Part shown: piece after piece, positions 25,347-35,147 of the stretch | Layout: the number at the start of each line of letters is the position of its first letter | Position numbering within the stretch: position 1 is the first letter of the stretch | From: a virus | Virus record (IMG/VR): IMGVR_UViG_2864926767_000001 | DNA: 64,000 nucleotides | Strand: one strand, 5' to 3' | Program-made: the position numbers and the translations under genes | Notes under the pieces: generated by a model | What the model was told of the DNA's origin: nothing | The model's input: only the letters and a program-made list of their open reading frames with translations | The model's database searches: none

Positions 25347-26441
25347 ATGACTGACGAAACTCCGCCGATCATGTCGGACGATGAACTCGACGCCCTTCTG
25401 CTCGATGCCATTGAGGAGGCGCCAGCAGTTGCGGAGCCTGCCCCGGCCGCAGCGCCAGCCGCTGCCGCTCCCAAGCCTGCAGCCCAGCCACGGCCGGCCT
25501 CGAAAGCCAATCACGTGCACCAGGTCTCCCCCGAGGCCCAGCGCGTGATCGAAACCATCATGCAGCGCAAGGTGGTGCGAGATCGCCTACCGGCGCTTGA
25601 GACGATCCACGACCGCCTGGCCAAGAGCGCGCGGATGGAGCTGTCCGCCCTCACCCGCAAGACCTGCGACGTCACTGTGAAGTCGATGGAGTGGATGTCC
25701 TTCGAGGCATACCTCGAAACACTTCCCAAGCCGGTGAGCTTCAACAGCTTCTTCATCAAGCCGTTGAGCGGCACCGGTCTGCTGGCTATACATCCCGGCA
25801 CCATCCTGGCCACGCTGGACTTCATCTACGGTGGCAACGGCGTGATACCCAGCGACATCTCGCACCGGGACTTCAATCGTTTCGAGACCAGCGTGATCGG
25901 GATGCTGGTCGAGCCCACCCTCTTCCGTTACGGCAGGGCCTGGAGCTCGTCGCGCGAGGTAGAGACCGAGCTGCTTAAGTCCGACAGCAACCCTAAGTTC
26001 ACCAACCTCACCATGTCCCCACAAGACATGGTGAGCGTGACCACCTTCGAGGTGGACATCCTCCGTACCCGGTCGTACTTCAACATCGTCCTGCCCTACT
26101 CCATGCTGGAGCCGATCAAGCGCTCGCTCAACGAGCACTCCATGGACATCAATCCAGAGGAGGAGGAAGAGTGGAAGCGTAAGTTCCAGGAGGAGCTGAA
26201 GGCCACCAACGTCGAGATCTCGGCCAACCTGCTGAAGATCGACACCACTCTGGAGGAGCTGGCCAATCTGCAGGTAGGCCAGGAGTTCTTCATCGACTTC
26301 CCGAGCCGGGTAATCGCGGAGGCTGCTGGCGTCCCGGTGATGTCCTGTCTGTACGGGAACGTGGGCAAGTCCAAGGCTCTCCAGGTCGACAAGATTTACG
26401 ACCACAGCGCTCTGCTCAAAATCGCTAAAGACTTGATCTGA
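25347..26441 (+). CDS. fliM: FliM-like flagellar switch protein, orphan copy
   Basis: IMSDDELDALL (CheY-P-binding-like); RLPALETIHDR; LAIHP..GGNG..RDFNRFE; NIVLPYSMLEPIK; C-terminal SpoA-like LQVGQ..LYGNVG. Confidence 0.85.
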   Translation: MTDETPPIMSDDELDALLLDAIEEAPAVAEPAPAAAPAAAAPKPAAQPRPASKANHVHQVSPEAQRVIETIMQRKVVRDRLPALETIHDRLAKSARMELSALTRKTCDVTVKSMEWMSFEAYLETLPKPVSFNSFFIKPLSGTGLLAIHPGTILATLDFIYGGNGVIPSDISHRDFNRFETSVIGMLVEPTLFRYGRAWSSSREVETELLKSDSNPKFTNLTMSPQDMVSVTTFEVDILRTRSYFNIVLPYSMLEPIKRSLNEHSMDINPEEEEEWKRKFQEELKATNVEISANLLKIDTTLEELANLQVGQEFFIDFPSRVIAEAAGVPVMSCLYGNVGKSKALQVDKIYDHSALLKIAKDLI

Positions 26442-26500
26442 GCCGGTTGCACGGGGTCTTGCTCCATACCTATTCTGATTCAAACGGAGGATCAGACCCC

Positions 26501-26878
26501 ATGAAGAGCCCACGCAACCAGATCGAAGTGCAGTGCGCACCGCATGACAGCGACTACCTGGCCTACGTAGACCACGTCTACGACTGCTGCGATGCCGAGC
26601 TGCCATCGATCAGAGAGCACAACGAAAAGATCACCGCCCTCCTGGAAGGTGCTGAAACGCCGAAGGATGCGAAGGCAGAAATCACCGGCCACGTGCAGAA
26701 GTACGTCGAGAAGATCGCCCGCCGCGAAGGCGTACTGGTCGGCTCCCCGGCCGGCAACTTCAAGGCCATCGCCGAGCGCGTGGCTGACGATTGGATCGCC
26801 GGCTACGAAGAAGAGCAGGCCTACATCGCCAACGCCAGCAAGCAACGCGCCAACGAAGGCTCCGGGCTCGGCCTGTAA
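26501..26878 (+). CDS. Hypothetical protein
   Basis: GGAGG SD; ends GSGLGL. Confidence 0.75.
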   Translation: MKSPRNQIEVQCAPHDSDYLAYVDHVYDCCDAELPSIREHNEKITALLEGAETPKDAKAEITGHVQKYVEKIARREGVLVGSPAGNFKAIAERVADDWIAGYEEEQAYIANASKQRANEGSGLGL

Positions 26879-26900
26879 CCTTCACTGCCTCCGGCCGAAG

Positions 26901-26927
26901 AAACCAGTCCCAGTGACTGGTTTTTTC
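26901..26927 (+). terminator. Intrinsic terminator
   Basis: AAACCAGTC-CCAGT-GACTGGTTTTTT. Confidence 0.75.
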
Positions 26928-26994
26928 ATTCTCGGCGCCCTACCTTGCTGCTTCGCTCAGTCTGTATCCTGAGGGTACAGAAGAGGCTTTAGGC

Positions 26995-27636
26995 ATGACG
27001 ACCAGAACTCCAAGAACGATCACCATGTGGCACGGCTCCCGGCGCTGGGTTGGAAAACCTGAGATCCGAAAGCCCGCACAAGGTCGCGCCGAACACGGGC
27101 CTGGCATCTACACGTCAAACGACTACGAAAGGGCTCTGAAATACGCCCAGGGCGGTGGTGTTGTTCGCAAAGTGGAGTTTTCACCCAGGCTGCTGCTCGA
27201 GGATGCGGCTATTCCCCTGGAAAGTGCAGTGGGCTTCGTCCGGAAGCACCTTAAAGGGGAAAAGCGCGAAACTGTCATCGCTGACCTCATCCGTATTCAG
27301 GAGAGACGCATCAACTCCCTTTCTGGCAAGACGTTTTGCGGTAAGGGCGACCACTTCATCATCGCCGAGGTACTCCGCAACCTCTTGGTCAACAACGATA
27401 CCTGCATCGGTAAAACCGGCGTCGCGCTAGCTGATTATTTCGTCAGCCACGGGATCGATGCAGCCATCTCGCACATTCAGCGCGACGAGTACTGGGCTGT
27501 GATATTCAACCCAGCCTGCATCCTGTCAACGACGCCAGTCAGACAGTCTGAAATCCACTTCTCCGAGTACATGCTGCCCAGCCCTATCGAGCCGGAACCA
27601 CGCAGCAAGGAAGCGGACGCGGGACTGTCCCTCTGA
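26995..27636 (+). CDS. ADP-ribosyltransferase-like (ART-PolyVal-type) protein
   Basis: WHGS..HGPGIYTS..ALKYA pattern; ends DAGLSL. Confidence 0.55.
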   Translation: MTTRTPRTITMWHGSRRWVGKPEIRKPAQGRAEHGPGIYTSNDYERALKYAQGGGVVRKVEFSPRLLLEDAAIPLESAVGFVRKHLKGEKRETVIADLIRIQERRINSLSGKTFCGKGDHFIIAEVLRNLLVNNDTCIGKTGVALADYFVSHGIDAAISHIQRDEYWAVIFNPACILSTTPVRQSEIHFSEYMLPSPIEPEPRSKEADAGLSL

Positions 27637-27639
27637 TCC

Positions 27640-28539
27640 TCAGATCTCGATCACCAGGTTGGGGTCGTACCCGATGCGACCCTCCTCCCTGGGATAGCCG
27701 AACATGTTGCTGTGGACAGGGATGCCATGGAGCAGAATTCCACCGTAATTGTGGTGGGTATGCCCGTACATCAGAGTATCCGGCTTGTACTGCTGTAGCA
27801 GCAGGTCGTCAGCACTTGCGAAATACGCACTCGGTGGAAAATTGGGATGGCCCAGGTCTTTCAGGGGTGGGAAGTGCGTCAGAAGCACTCGTTTCTTCCC
27901 TTCAGAGTCTTTGTGCCATTGCTTATAGCGGCAAACAGCCTGCAGGTTAAGATCACGCATCCCCTGCGGAGAAAGGCATGACATTCCCTTCGCCGCGCGC
28001 CCACGGAGCGCCTCTTCGACTGCATGTTCCTTTGGCAGGTACTCAGTCATGATCAACTTGAAGTCGTAGTTCATGCCGCTGAGCGCCATCGAGTCCCCCA
28101 CCCTGTCTGAACCATGAAGGGCGAAGTTCGTCCACCAGGTGGAGCCGAAGAAGGAGACTCCATCGATGTCTACAGAATCATCGAGCAGGATGTGGGCCCC
28201 AGGGATCTTACTGAACTCATCCCGCCAGTACGCCTCCAGATCGCGCTTCACGGTCGACGCATAGTAGGTGTACCAGTACTCGTGATTCCCCGGAAGGACG
28301 AGGCAGGGAACGCCGAGACGCTCCACAACACGCCTGGCGAGATCCGGCAGCTTATCACCGTCAGCGAGGTCGCCCAGAGCCACGAAGACATCAACGCTGC
28401 CGGCGACCGGCAGCAGTGCGTCCACCAAGGGGATGAGCTCATCACCCTCCAGGTGGGTGTCAGAGAAGCACCCTATACGCAAAACCGTCCCCTTCTCTTT
28501 TTCGATCAGTCTATCAAACCCTGATGGCAAGGCATCCAA
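27640..28539 (-). CDS. Calcineurin-like metallophosphoesterase
   Basis: SDTH, GDLAD, GNHE, THFPP, GHTH motifs. Confidence 0.92.
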   Translation of the reverse strand: MDALPSGFDRLIEKEKGTVLRIGCFSDTHLEGDELIPLVDALLPVAGSVDVFVALGDLADGDKLPDLARRVVERLGVPCLVLPGNHEYWYTYYASTVKRDLEAYWRDEFSKIPGAHILLDDSVDIDGVSFFGSTWWTNFALHGSDRVGDSMALSGMNYDFKLIMTEYLPKEHAVEEALRGRAAKGMSCLSPQGMRDLNLQAVCRYKQWHKDSEGKKRVLLTHFPPLKDLGHPNFPPSAYFASADDLLLQQYKPDTLMYGHTHHNYGGILLHGIPVHSNMFGYPREEGRIGYDPNLVIEI

Positions 28540-30351
28540 TTACAGGTTAAATGTCTCGATCAACGTGGTGGTCAGCGTTGCGTCGGCGAGTCGGTCGACG
28601 TAGGGCTCAAGCTCTTCCGGAGTGAACACCTGGCCCAGGATCACTTTAAGGCGGGGTGTCTTGCACTTCGGAATGAGCTCATCGAGGGGGAACGTGGCTA
28701 GGTACAACTCGTAGATGTTGTCATCTCGACGTGGCGACGCTTTTTTGAGCGCTTCTGCAAGCGATTCTGGCCTTGGAAGTTCGCCGTACCAACCTCCCAG
28801 TCGCAGCCACGAAATTCGGTCTGAATTCGTTAGGTTTTGAAAGTTCTTCCGCTTCAAATTGTGCTTGTGCGGCACTACCTTAAACTTAGCAGCTACGAGC
28901 TCACTAATGGCAGAATGTTCAAATTCGAGATCGCGAGTATCGAAATTCATTCCGAAGTTGTCGCGAGCATAAACAAGAACATTGACAGGGACATCCTTGT
29001 TCGACTTCCTGAGCGCAGCCTTGATAAAATCATCGTCAACAACAGATCGCAGGCTTCCATCAGAGAGAGCCATGCTTGAAATTTCTATAGGCGTAGTAGA
29101 GTCAATTATCGGCAGATCAAACTTGTTGTGCCCCATAGTATCTTTGTGCAACGCTAGGAACTTCGCATTGCAAAGCAATTGCTCAAGCCTTTCACAGTCA
29201 ATAGTTGAAGCTTTTGACTCCTTTTCAGCAGAACAAGTCAACGCAAGCTCTTCTATATCGATGAGAGCAATAGAATACCCTGCGGGAGCTTCGTGCCCGA
29301 TACAGGCATTCACACTGAGAATCTGAGAGAGGAAGCCAGATCCAATCTGGTTCGTATATCCAAACTCTAGACCTGCCACGTAATGCTGCCCCTCAACAGC
29401 ATAAGATGTGCTTTTAAGCATTGCACCAATGCTAACAAAGCAGGCGGCCGTATCAATCACTCCGGTTTCTCCCCGCACATTCCTTTCATGGGAAAGGAAC
29501 GCAGCAAGTGGGGCGTAGTGATGCTTAAGGCCGTCTACTCCATAGATCATCGCTTGCCATGGCAACACGCATTTCTTGCTGAACCGGTTTTCGTCTTCAT
29601 TCTTGATCAGGCAAGGAACATGTGAGACAAGTCGACCATACAGGGCGTCCCCCTGCATGCTGTGGATCGCGTGGAATAGGCTAGGGTTCCGAATCACTCC
29701 ACCTGCCACCACAGGAAGATCTTGAATCTCCAGCCTGTTGGTGTCAGCAAGATTCGTTGTCACAAGCCCATTTGTTGAGTTAGTAATTGAGCCGATCCTT
29801 CCTACTGCGGCTGATGCAGAGCATCCCATTGCAATCAAGGCTGTAAGACACTTCTTTACATCTTTAGACGAGAAAAACCTGAATGGCTCGCTTGTCTTGA
29901 ATCTTCCTCTGATTCGCGTTGTTTTAAATTCCGTTTCATTAGAAACTAAAACTTCAATGGACTCTTTTGACGCAAATGGCTCAAGCAATTCAAACATCTC
30001 TACATCGACATTGTATGCAGCAAGAGCGGTCAAATCATGTATATTCTCTCCTACGTGCCGAATGCACAATTGGAGATACTCTCTATCCAGAGACTCTCTT
30101 GTTCTGTAGTCGCAAATAGCGTCCTGTATGAATCGAACTGCGTCCTCGGAACTCAAGCCATAGAGATTAAGGAGATCCTGGCGAACGGGAGAGTCAGGCA
30201 TCGAGTAGTGAAGCCTGACTTCGACCGGCAAGTCCGCTAGTCTCTTGTATACTTGAGGCAGGATCAGCCTGACGAAATCCCTCGCAGCATCAAGGTTGCC
30301 GTTCTTGATCTGCTCATCGATGAAACCGGCCGTAAAATCAGTCATATTCAA
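28540..30351 (-). CDS. AT-richer hypothetical protein with shared C-terminal motif
   Basis: 603-aa ORF; ends DATLTTTLIETFNL. Confidence 0.8.
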   Translation of the reverse strand: MNMTDFTAGFIDEQIKNGNLDAARDFVRLILPQVYKRLADLPVEVRLHYSMPDSPVRQDLLNLYGLSSEDAVRFIQDAICDYRTRESLDREYLQLCIRHVGENIHDLTALAAYNVDVEMFELLEPFASKESIEVLVSNETEFKTTRIRGRFKTSEPFRFFSSKDVKKCLTALIAMGCSASAAVGRIGSITNSTNGLVTTNLADTNRLEIQDLPVVAGGVIRNPSLFHAIHSMQGDALYGRLVSHVPCLIKNEDENRFSKKCVLPWQAMIYGVDGLKHHYAPLAAFLSHERNVRGETGVIDTAACFVSIGAMLKSTSYAVEGQHYVAGLEFGYTNQIGSGFLSQILSVNACIGHEAPAGYSIALIDIEELALTCSAEKESKASTIDCERLEQLLCNAKFLALHKDTMGHNKFDLPIIDSTTPIEISSMALSDGSLRSVVDDDFIKAALRKSNKDVPVNVLVYARDNFGMNFDTRDLEFEHSAISELVAAKFKVVPHKHNLKRKNFQNLTNSDRISWLRLGGWYGELPRPESLAEALKKASPRRDDNIYELYLATFPLDELIPKCKTPRLKVILGQVFTPEELEPYVDRLADATLTTTLIETFNL

Positions 30352-30412
30352 TCCCCAGAGATACGTTTAGTATAGGCAGACAGCTATCCTAAGAAGAACA
30401 AGTTTGTACGCT

Positions 30413-30877
30413 ATGAGATCATTCGGTATATGCGCTGCAGTATGCGCATCGCTACTGCTATCCGGCTGCAATACGCGGCCTTACGCACCTGTAGAAGTGG
30501 TTGAGAAGTCAACGATCAGCGAGGACTTCATCAGTCTTCGAGAAGGCGGTTATAGCCCTGCTGGGCAACCAGCGCCCATGGACGCGCACTCATCTGAGGT
30601 CGCAACCTTCGCCGCTCCGTCGGCGCCTGTGTTTACCATGACGCAGGAACTGCCCAAGGCTCCAATTCCCTCGAAAAACAGCCCCCTGGCGGTGGAGAGA
30701 CGAGCTGCTGAGTCCATTGCCACTCTTGAGTCGGCTTACCAAGCCGGCGACGCGAAGGCTGCGTACCAGCTCGCGCAGATCAAGTATCGCCAGGGGCACA
30801 ATGAAGAAGCGGACATGATGATGGACTACGCGGCCAGGCATGGATATGCGCCGGCTGCGGCCGCGCGATCCCGATAA
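30413..30877 (+). CDS. Lipoprotein with Sel1/TPR-like C-terminus
   Basis: Lipobox LLSGC; AAYQLAQI..AARHGYAPA. Confidence 0.65.
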   Translation: MRSFGICAAVCASLLLSGCNTRPYAPVEVVEKSTISEDFISLREGGYSPAGQPAPMDAHSSEVATFAAPSAPVFTMTQELPKAPIPSKNSPLAVERRAAESIATLESAYQAGDAKAAYQLAQIKYRQGHNEEADMMMDYAARHGYAPAAAARSR

Positions 30878-30880
30878 CCT

Positions 30881-32356
30881 TTAGAGATCGAAGCCGGATA
30901 CGGCCTTGCTTGTCATGATCTCGTCGGACTTCCACTCCACCTCGTCCCAGAGATCGGCTGGTATGGTGTCGGAGTAGAGGGAGTGAAGGGTCTGGTAATC
31001 CTCGTAGGATAGCTCTGCGAGCCCTTCCCTACCCCTCTCGCAGGAGAATACTGTAAGCGTCAGTTGGCCTAGAGACTTCGGCCTTTTCTTCATGGATAGG
31101 CCAATCTTCAGGACATCGACGGACAGCCCATTGCTTAAGAGCCCCAGATCAATGGGGGCTTGCTGATGGTAGAGGCTCACTGCGATCAGGAGATCGCTGA
31201 AACGACAGTCACTGATCGCTTCGGGCTCTTTGTCCAGGAGAACAGCTAAGGCCAGGCGCATGTGTCCCCTGGCTTCAGCTTCCGTCCGATTGTACCGAGT
31301 GGCCAGTAGAGCAAGATTCTTATCGCGACCACTGTCACTGCGAAGAAGCTCCATGAATTTCACTGCAGCCACGTGCCTGCTCAAGGCTCGCTCACCCATC
31401 AGTGTCTCCACAGGGATCTGGGCGGCGCCTAAGGCAGTGATAAAGCTTCGATACTCATCAAGCGAGAAGACTCTGTTCTGCTCCATTGCTCGCATGAAGC
31501 CCTTGGCGAAGATCTTCATCGCCTCCGGTGGAGCATTGCATTGGGTCAGGTCAATTGTCCTATGACAATCCTCCATGGCTCTGGCCAAGCGCCCGGCGAA
31601 GTACTTTGCGCCGGCCACTTTCATGAAAAGTGACTCGCTCTGCAGCCGTATGACCTCAAGCATCTCGAACATTTTCCAGCTACCTGCGGATGTCACGAAC
31701 AGTGACAAGCAGACACCTAGGTCATCAAGAGACTCCTCGCTAGTTTTCTGAGGCCTCACATAGTCGCGGAGTGCCTCTGGCTGGCCTAGCATGAAGTCGA
31801 GGACGTAGGCTGAGTCTCCGACGTCCACAAGCGCTCGAACGACTATCTGGAACGCTTCCTGTGCCTCGCAGATCGAGCCACCAAGCTTGTCGAGAGGCGC
31901 TGCAATTACGATGCTATCGAGCATCTTCCGCAGGAGCCCAATATCGCAACTGGAGAGATCCTGGTTCTTTATGAACGGCTCGCATCCCTCGTCCAGGAGG
32001 AAGTGCATCAGCGGGATAACATCGCGATCCCCCCGCAGATGCGTACTGAGGCAGGCAGAGAACGTACTCTGGAAGTCTGAGGCTTTACGCCCCAACTCGA
32101 TAGCGATCTTGACCGTCTCGAAGTTCATGAGCCCCGGCCATCTGGCACAGAGACCGTCCACGTGACGCAGTGCAGTGGCCTGGATCATCGACACAAGGCG
32201 CTTGTCGCCGGCAGCCTCTATGAGGCCCTGCTGCACAATGCTGTGCAGCGCGCGGAAGCTCGCCTCGAGCCAGGCAGTGGTGGAGTCGTCTTCCACACCT
32301 AGAGGGGATTGATGCAGGGCAGCACTCAGTCTTTGACTGATCTCGTAAGCGGTCAC
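30881..32356 (-). CDS. Hypothetical helical protein with shared C-terminal motif
   Basis: GAGGAGG SD, GTG start; ends DEIMTSKAVSGFDL. Confidence 0.8.
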   Translation of the reverse strand: MTAYEISQRLSAALHQSPLGVEDDSTTAWLEASFRALHSIVQQGLIEAAGDKRLVSMIQATALRHVDGLCARWPGLMNFETVKIAIELGRKASDFQSTFSACLSTHLRGDRDVIPLMHFLLDEGCEPFIKNQDLSSCDIGLLRKMLDSIVIAAPLDKLGGSICEAQEAFQIVVRALVDVGDSAYVLDFMLGQPEALRDYVRPQKTSEESLDDLGVCLSLFVTSAGSWKMFEMLEVIRLQSESLFMKVAGAKYFAGRLARAMEDCHRTIDLTQCNAPPEAMKIFAKGFMRAMEQNRVFSLDEYRSFITALGAAQIPVETLMGERALSRHVAAVKFMELLRSDSGRDKNLALLATRYNRTEAEARGHMRLALAVLLDKEPEAISDCRFSDLLIAVSLYHQQAPIDLGLLSNGLSVDVLKIGLSMKKRPKSLGQLTLTVFSCERGREGLAELSYEDYQTLHSLYSDTIPADLWDEVEWKSDEIMTSKAVSGFDL

Positions 32357-32385
32357 GGCGGCCCCTCCTCTGCAGGTTCCTGGTG

Positions 32386-32556
32386 TCAGCCCTGCAGCTC
32401 GCGCAGGTAGCTCTGGTACGACTCTTCACGTAGGTTGATCGGGCGCGGACGCTTGTGCTTCCGCTCGGGCTCTGGGTACGCGGCGTATCTCACGACCTCA
32501 CCGTTGAATTGGGCTTTCATGGCGTCCAGCATGTTACTCAGAGCTTCTTTTGACAT
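32386..32556 (-). CDS. Small hypothetical protein (56 aa, not in ORF track)
   Basis: Hand translation MSKEALSNMLDAMKAQFNGEVVRYAAY..ELQG*. Confidence 0.55.
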   Translation of the reverse strand: MSKEALSNMLDAMKAQFNGEVVRYAAYPEPERKHKRPRPINLREESYQSYLRELQG

Positions 32557-32629
32557 GGTTTTAAACTACAAATTGCGATGTTGATGATGAGGAAAGTGCG
32601 AATTTCCAGGTATTTGTTGCCCGAAATGA

Positions 32630-32664
32630 AAAAACGGCGCCGGACTTAACCGGCGCCGTTTTCG
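32630..32664 (-). terminator. Intrinsic terminator
   Basis: AAAACGGCGCCGG-TTAAGT-CCGGCGCCGTTTTTT. Confidence 0.8.
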
Positions 32665-32813
32665 GATGCAGCGCTTACAGCTTCTTCTTTGAAGAAGTTG
32701 TCGATCATTTCGCAGGATTTATCGATGTTTTCGGAGAAGGATTCCAGACTTTTGAGGTCTTCATTCTCCAGCTCACCCTGGGCGGGAATCGATTCTTTGC
32801 TGTCAGATTTCAA
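32646..32813 (-). CDS. Small acidic protein (55 aa, TTG start, not in ORF track)
   Basis: AGGAGG SD; 14 D/E versus 5 K. Confidence 0.5.
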   Translation of the reverse strand: MKSDSKESIPAQGELENEDLKSLESFSENIDKSCEMIDNFFKEEAVSAASENGAG

Positions 32814-33636
32814 GCGCTACCTCCTGGTTATGCGTCTTGGGCCGGGCAATTCTACCAGAAAAGAGTTCATCATTGGCATGCGCTTTCATGAGCTCTTTAG
32901 CGAGAACACGAAGGCGCCGGCCAATACCTTCTGAGAGATCAGACTGAATTCCGTTGCTGGCCATGTAATCGTCGAGCTTCTCCAGCTTTGGCTGCAACTT
33001 GCGCATGGCAGTTACATACAGACGTTGGAAGCAGACTGTAGCACTTTTGCAGGAGAAGCCAGCGCGAAGGGCCCACGATACGCCCAGGCGTGCCTGAGTA
33101 TGCGCGCCGAGGAGCGATGTCTTGAGGTTCTTGGACGCCACCTTCACGGCTTGCGCGGTCTTGGGGCCTGGCTCGCTCCGGTGCTGACGCAGAGCCACCA
33201 GCAGCTTCCCGGTGCGCACCGTGATCTCGCAGCCAAGGAGCGCCAGCTTCTTTGTCGCCATGCGCATACGCTCCTTACGGAACTGCTCAATATGCTCCAT
33301 AAGGATAGGGCTGTAGTTGAATTGCCTGTCCGCCACTTCATTAACCGCCCGATTGCTCATCAAGCCAGCCTCATGCGCTTTTGCCGCCTTAATGACGGTG
33401 GCGAGCGTTTTCTGTTCTGGCGGGAGTACCACAATTTCGCTCAAAAGCTCGAGGCTGATGCGCCCGGTGCGCTCCCAGATCTCGTCGATCTTGAGACCGC
33501 AGATGTACTCGAGCGAGAAGACCAGCTCCTCATTGCTCAGGGAACCCGGCTTGAGGCTGAAGATGTTGTGGATCTGCCGGCTGGTCATCGCGACGAACTT
33601 GAGCAGTTCGTCCTGGTAATTGGCGTGTGTGGTCAT
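32803..33636 (-). CDS. Hypothetical coiled-coil protein
   Basis: GAGGGG SD before ATG 33636. Confidence 0.7.
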   Translation of the reverse strand: MTTHANYQDELLKFVAMTSRQIHNIFSLKPGSLSNEELVFSLEYICGLKIDEIWERTGRISLELLSEIVVLPPEQKTLATVIKAAKAHEAGLMSNRAVNEVADRQFNYSPILMEHIEQFRKERMRMATKKLALLGCEITVRTGKLLVALRQHRSEPGPKTAQAVKVASKNLKTSLLGAHTQARLGVSWALRAGFSCKSATVCFQRLYVTAMRKLQPKLEKLDDYMASNGIQSDLSEGIGRRLRVLAKELMKAHANDELFSGRIARPKTHNQEVALEI

Positions 33637-33692
33637 GACTACCCCTCTCTGCTTCGATTCTGGCATAGCCGAAACAGAGAGGGGAACAGGCG

Positions 33693-34139
33693 TTATCGGC
33701 CGGAGAGGCCCGCTACACCCAGGTTGGCCAGCTTGTCTGCACGCTCATTACCTGGATCGCCGTTGTGACCGCGTACCCACACCCACTCCACCTTGTGGAA
33801 GGTGCAGAGGGCGTCCAGCTGCTTCCACAGTTCAACGTTCTTCACCGGGCCACCGGATGCCAGGCGCCACCCTTTGGCCTTCCAACCCTTCAGCCACTGA
33901 TTGAGGCCATCGAGCACATACTTCGAGTCCGTGTGCACAACGACAACGCTAGCCGTGGCCAGGGACTTGAGGGCCTCAATTACAGCAGTCATCTCCATCT
34001 TGTTGTTCGTGGTGTCCTTGTCACCACCATAGGCCTCGGTGTCGCCGGCAGAGCCCTTGATCAGGTAACCCCAGCCACCAGGGCCTGGATTGCCCTTACA
34101 GGCGCCGTCGGTATAGATCACTACCTTACCGTCACTCAT
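33693..34139 (-). CDS. rnhA: Ribonuclease HI
   Basis: YTDGACKGNPGPGGWG, TTNNKMEM, TDSKY, WVRGHNGDPGNERADKLA. Confidence 0.97.
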   Translation of the reverse strand: MSDGKVVIYTDGACKGNPGPGGWGYLIKGSAGDTEAYGGDKDTTNNKMEMTAVIEALKSLATASVVVVHTDSKYVLDGLNQWLKGWKAKGWRLASGGPVKNVELWKQLDALCTFHKVEWVWVRGHNGDPGNERADKLANLGVAGLSGR

Positions 34140-34641
34140 GTTCTTCTCCGCGTTTCTTGATCGCAGCACGGGCCTCATCGGCGGCCTTCGAGAGTGTCTC
34201 TCGGGTAGCCGAGCTCAGACCAGTGACCACAAAGTCATTCAGAACCAGGCCATTCTTGCCAATGTCAGCCCAGCCGACGTTCGCGCGCTTGCAGATGTCG
34301 ATGCACTGGTCACGCACGTGTCGGCTGAAGTGCACGATGCTGCCATCAGTGGTGTGCACGACCTTGATGTGCTGGTCGATACCCTCTTCCACCGCCAGGT
34401 CGACAACGATGCGCTTCTGAGCCTGGCTCAGGACGCCGCCGCTTGCGTCATCCATCGGGATGAAGAACAGCGGGTAGGACGCCCTGATGGTGGTCAGGGT
34501 GTTGAACTCCTGGAGCGACTCCAGGAAGGTGCGGCGACGCTCCTTGGCTTCGCCGGCCGAGGTAACCAGGTGTACTTCGCCTTCAGCGAAGCGGACGAAT
34601 GCCTGCAGAATTTCCAGGCTGGGGCCGTTTACGGTATCCAT
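34132..34641 (-). CDS. Hypothetical protein
   Basis: Operonic overlap with rnhA. Confidence 0.65.
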   Translation of the reverse strand: MDTVNGPSLEILQAFVRFAEGEVHLVTSAGEAKERRRTFLESLQEFNTLTTIRASYPLFFIPMDDASGGVLSQAQKRIVVDLAVEEGIDQHIKVVHTTDGSIVHFSRHVRDQCIDICKRANVGWADIGKNGLVLNDFVVTGLSSATRETLSKAADEARAAIKKRGEEHE

Positions 34642-34645
34642 TTCT

Positions 34646-35095
34646 CTATTCAACCTCTTCGTTGAAGGCCTTCGCCAGTCGGTAAGCGTCCTGAAGCGCA
34701 TCGTCACTCCAGGGAACCGGGTTGATCGGGTCGCCCTGCTCTGCAGAGTCAGTACCGATCACCAGGTTGAAAGACATCCTGACGCCGACGTCATCGAACA
34801 GACGGCAGATCAGTTTCGCATCGATGGCGTTGTGCACCATCACGTCACCCGCAGCGAACAGTGCGTTCATCTGCCGGCACACCAAGTAGGCATCGGTGCC
34901 TTCTGCCACCAGGGTCACCCTGGCCTTTTTGTGCAGAAGCTCTGCCTGATCATCCCAGCCCGTCCAGTCTTCCAAAGGGCAGACCAGACGGCTCCACTTG
35001 AATCCGCCTGCCGCAACAACGCCCAGGGCGACCGGGGTCGCATCATCCTGGAAGGTGCTGGCATGGACAAAGCAGACATAGGGGGCTTCACACAT
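34646..35095 (-). CDS. Possibly degenerate DEDDh exonuclease-fold protein
   Basis: LVCPLEDWTGWD..AELLH and ALQDA resemble the family, but ExoI DxE reads FVHAS. Confidence 0.4.
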   Translation of the reverse strand: MCEAPYVCFVHASTFQDDATPVALGVVAAGGFKWSRLVCPLEDWTGWDDQAELLHKKARVTLVAEGTDAYLVCRQMNALFAAGDVMVHNAIDAKLICRLFDDVGVRMSFNLVIGTDSAEQGDPINPVPWSDDALQDAYRLAKAFNEEVE

Positions 35096-35147
35096 ATCCT
35101 TTCCTCGAGAGCCCGTTCCTAATGAAGATGGTTCAGCAATTGAGATT

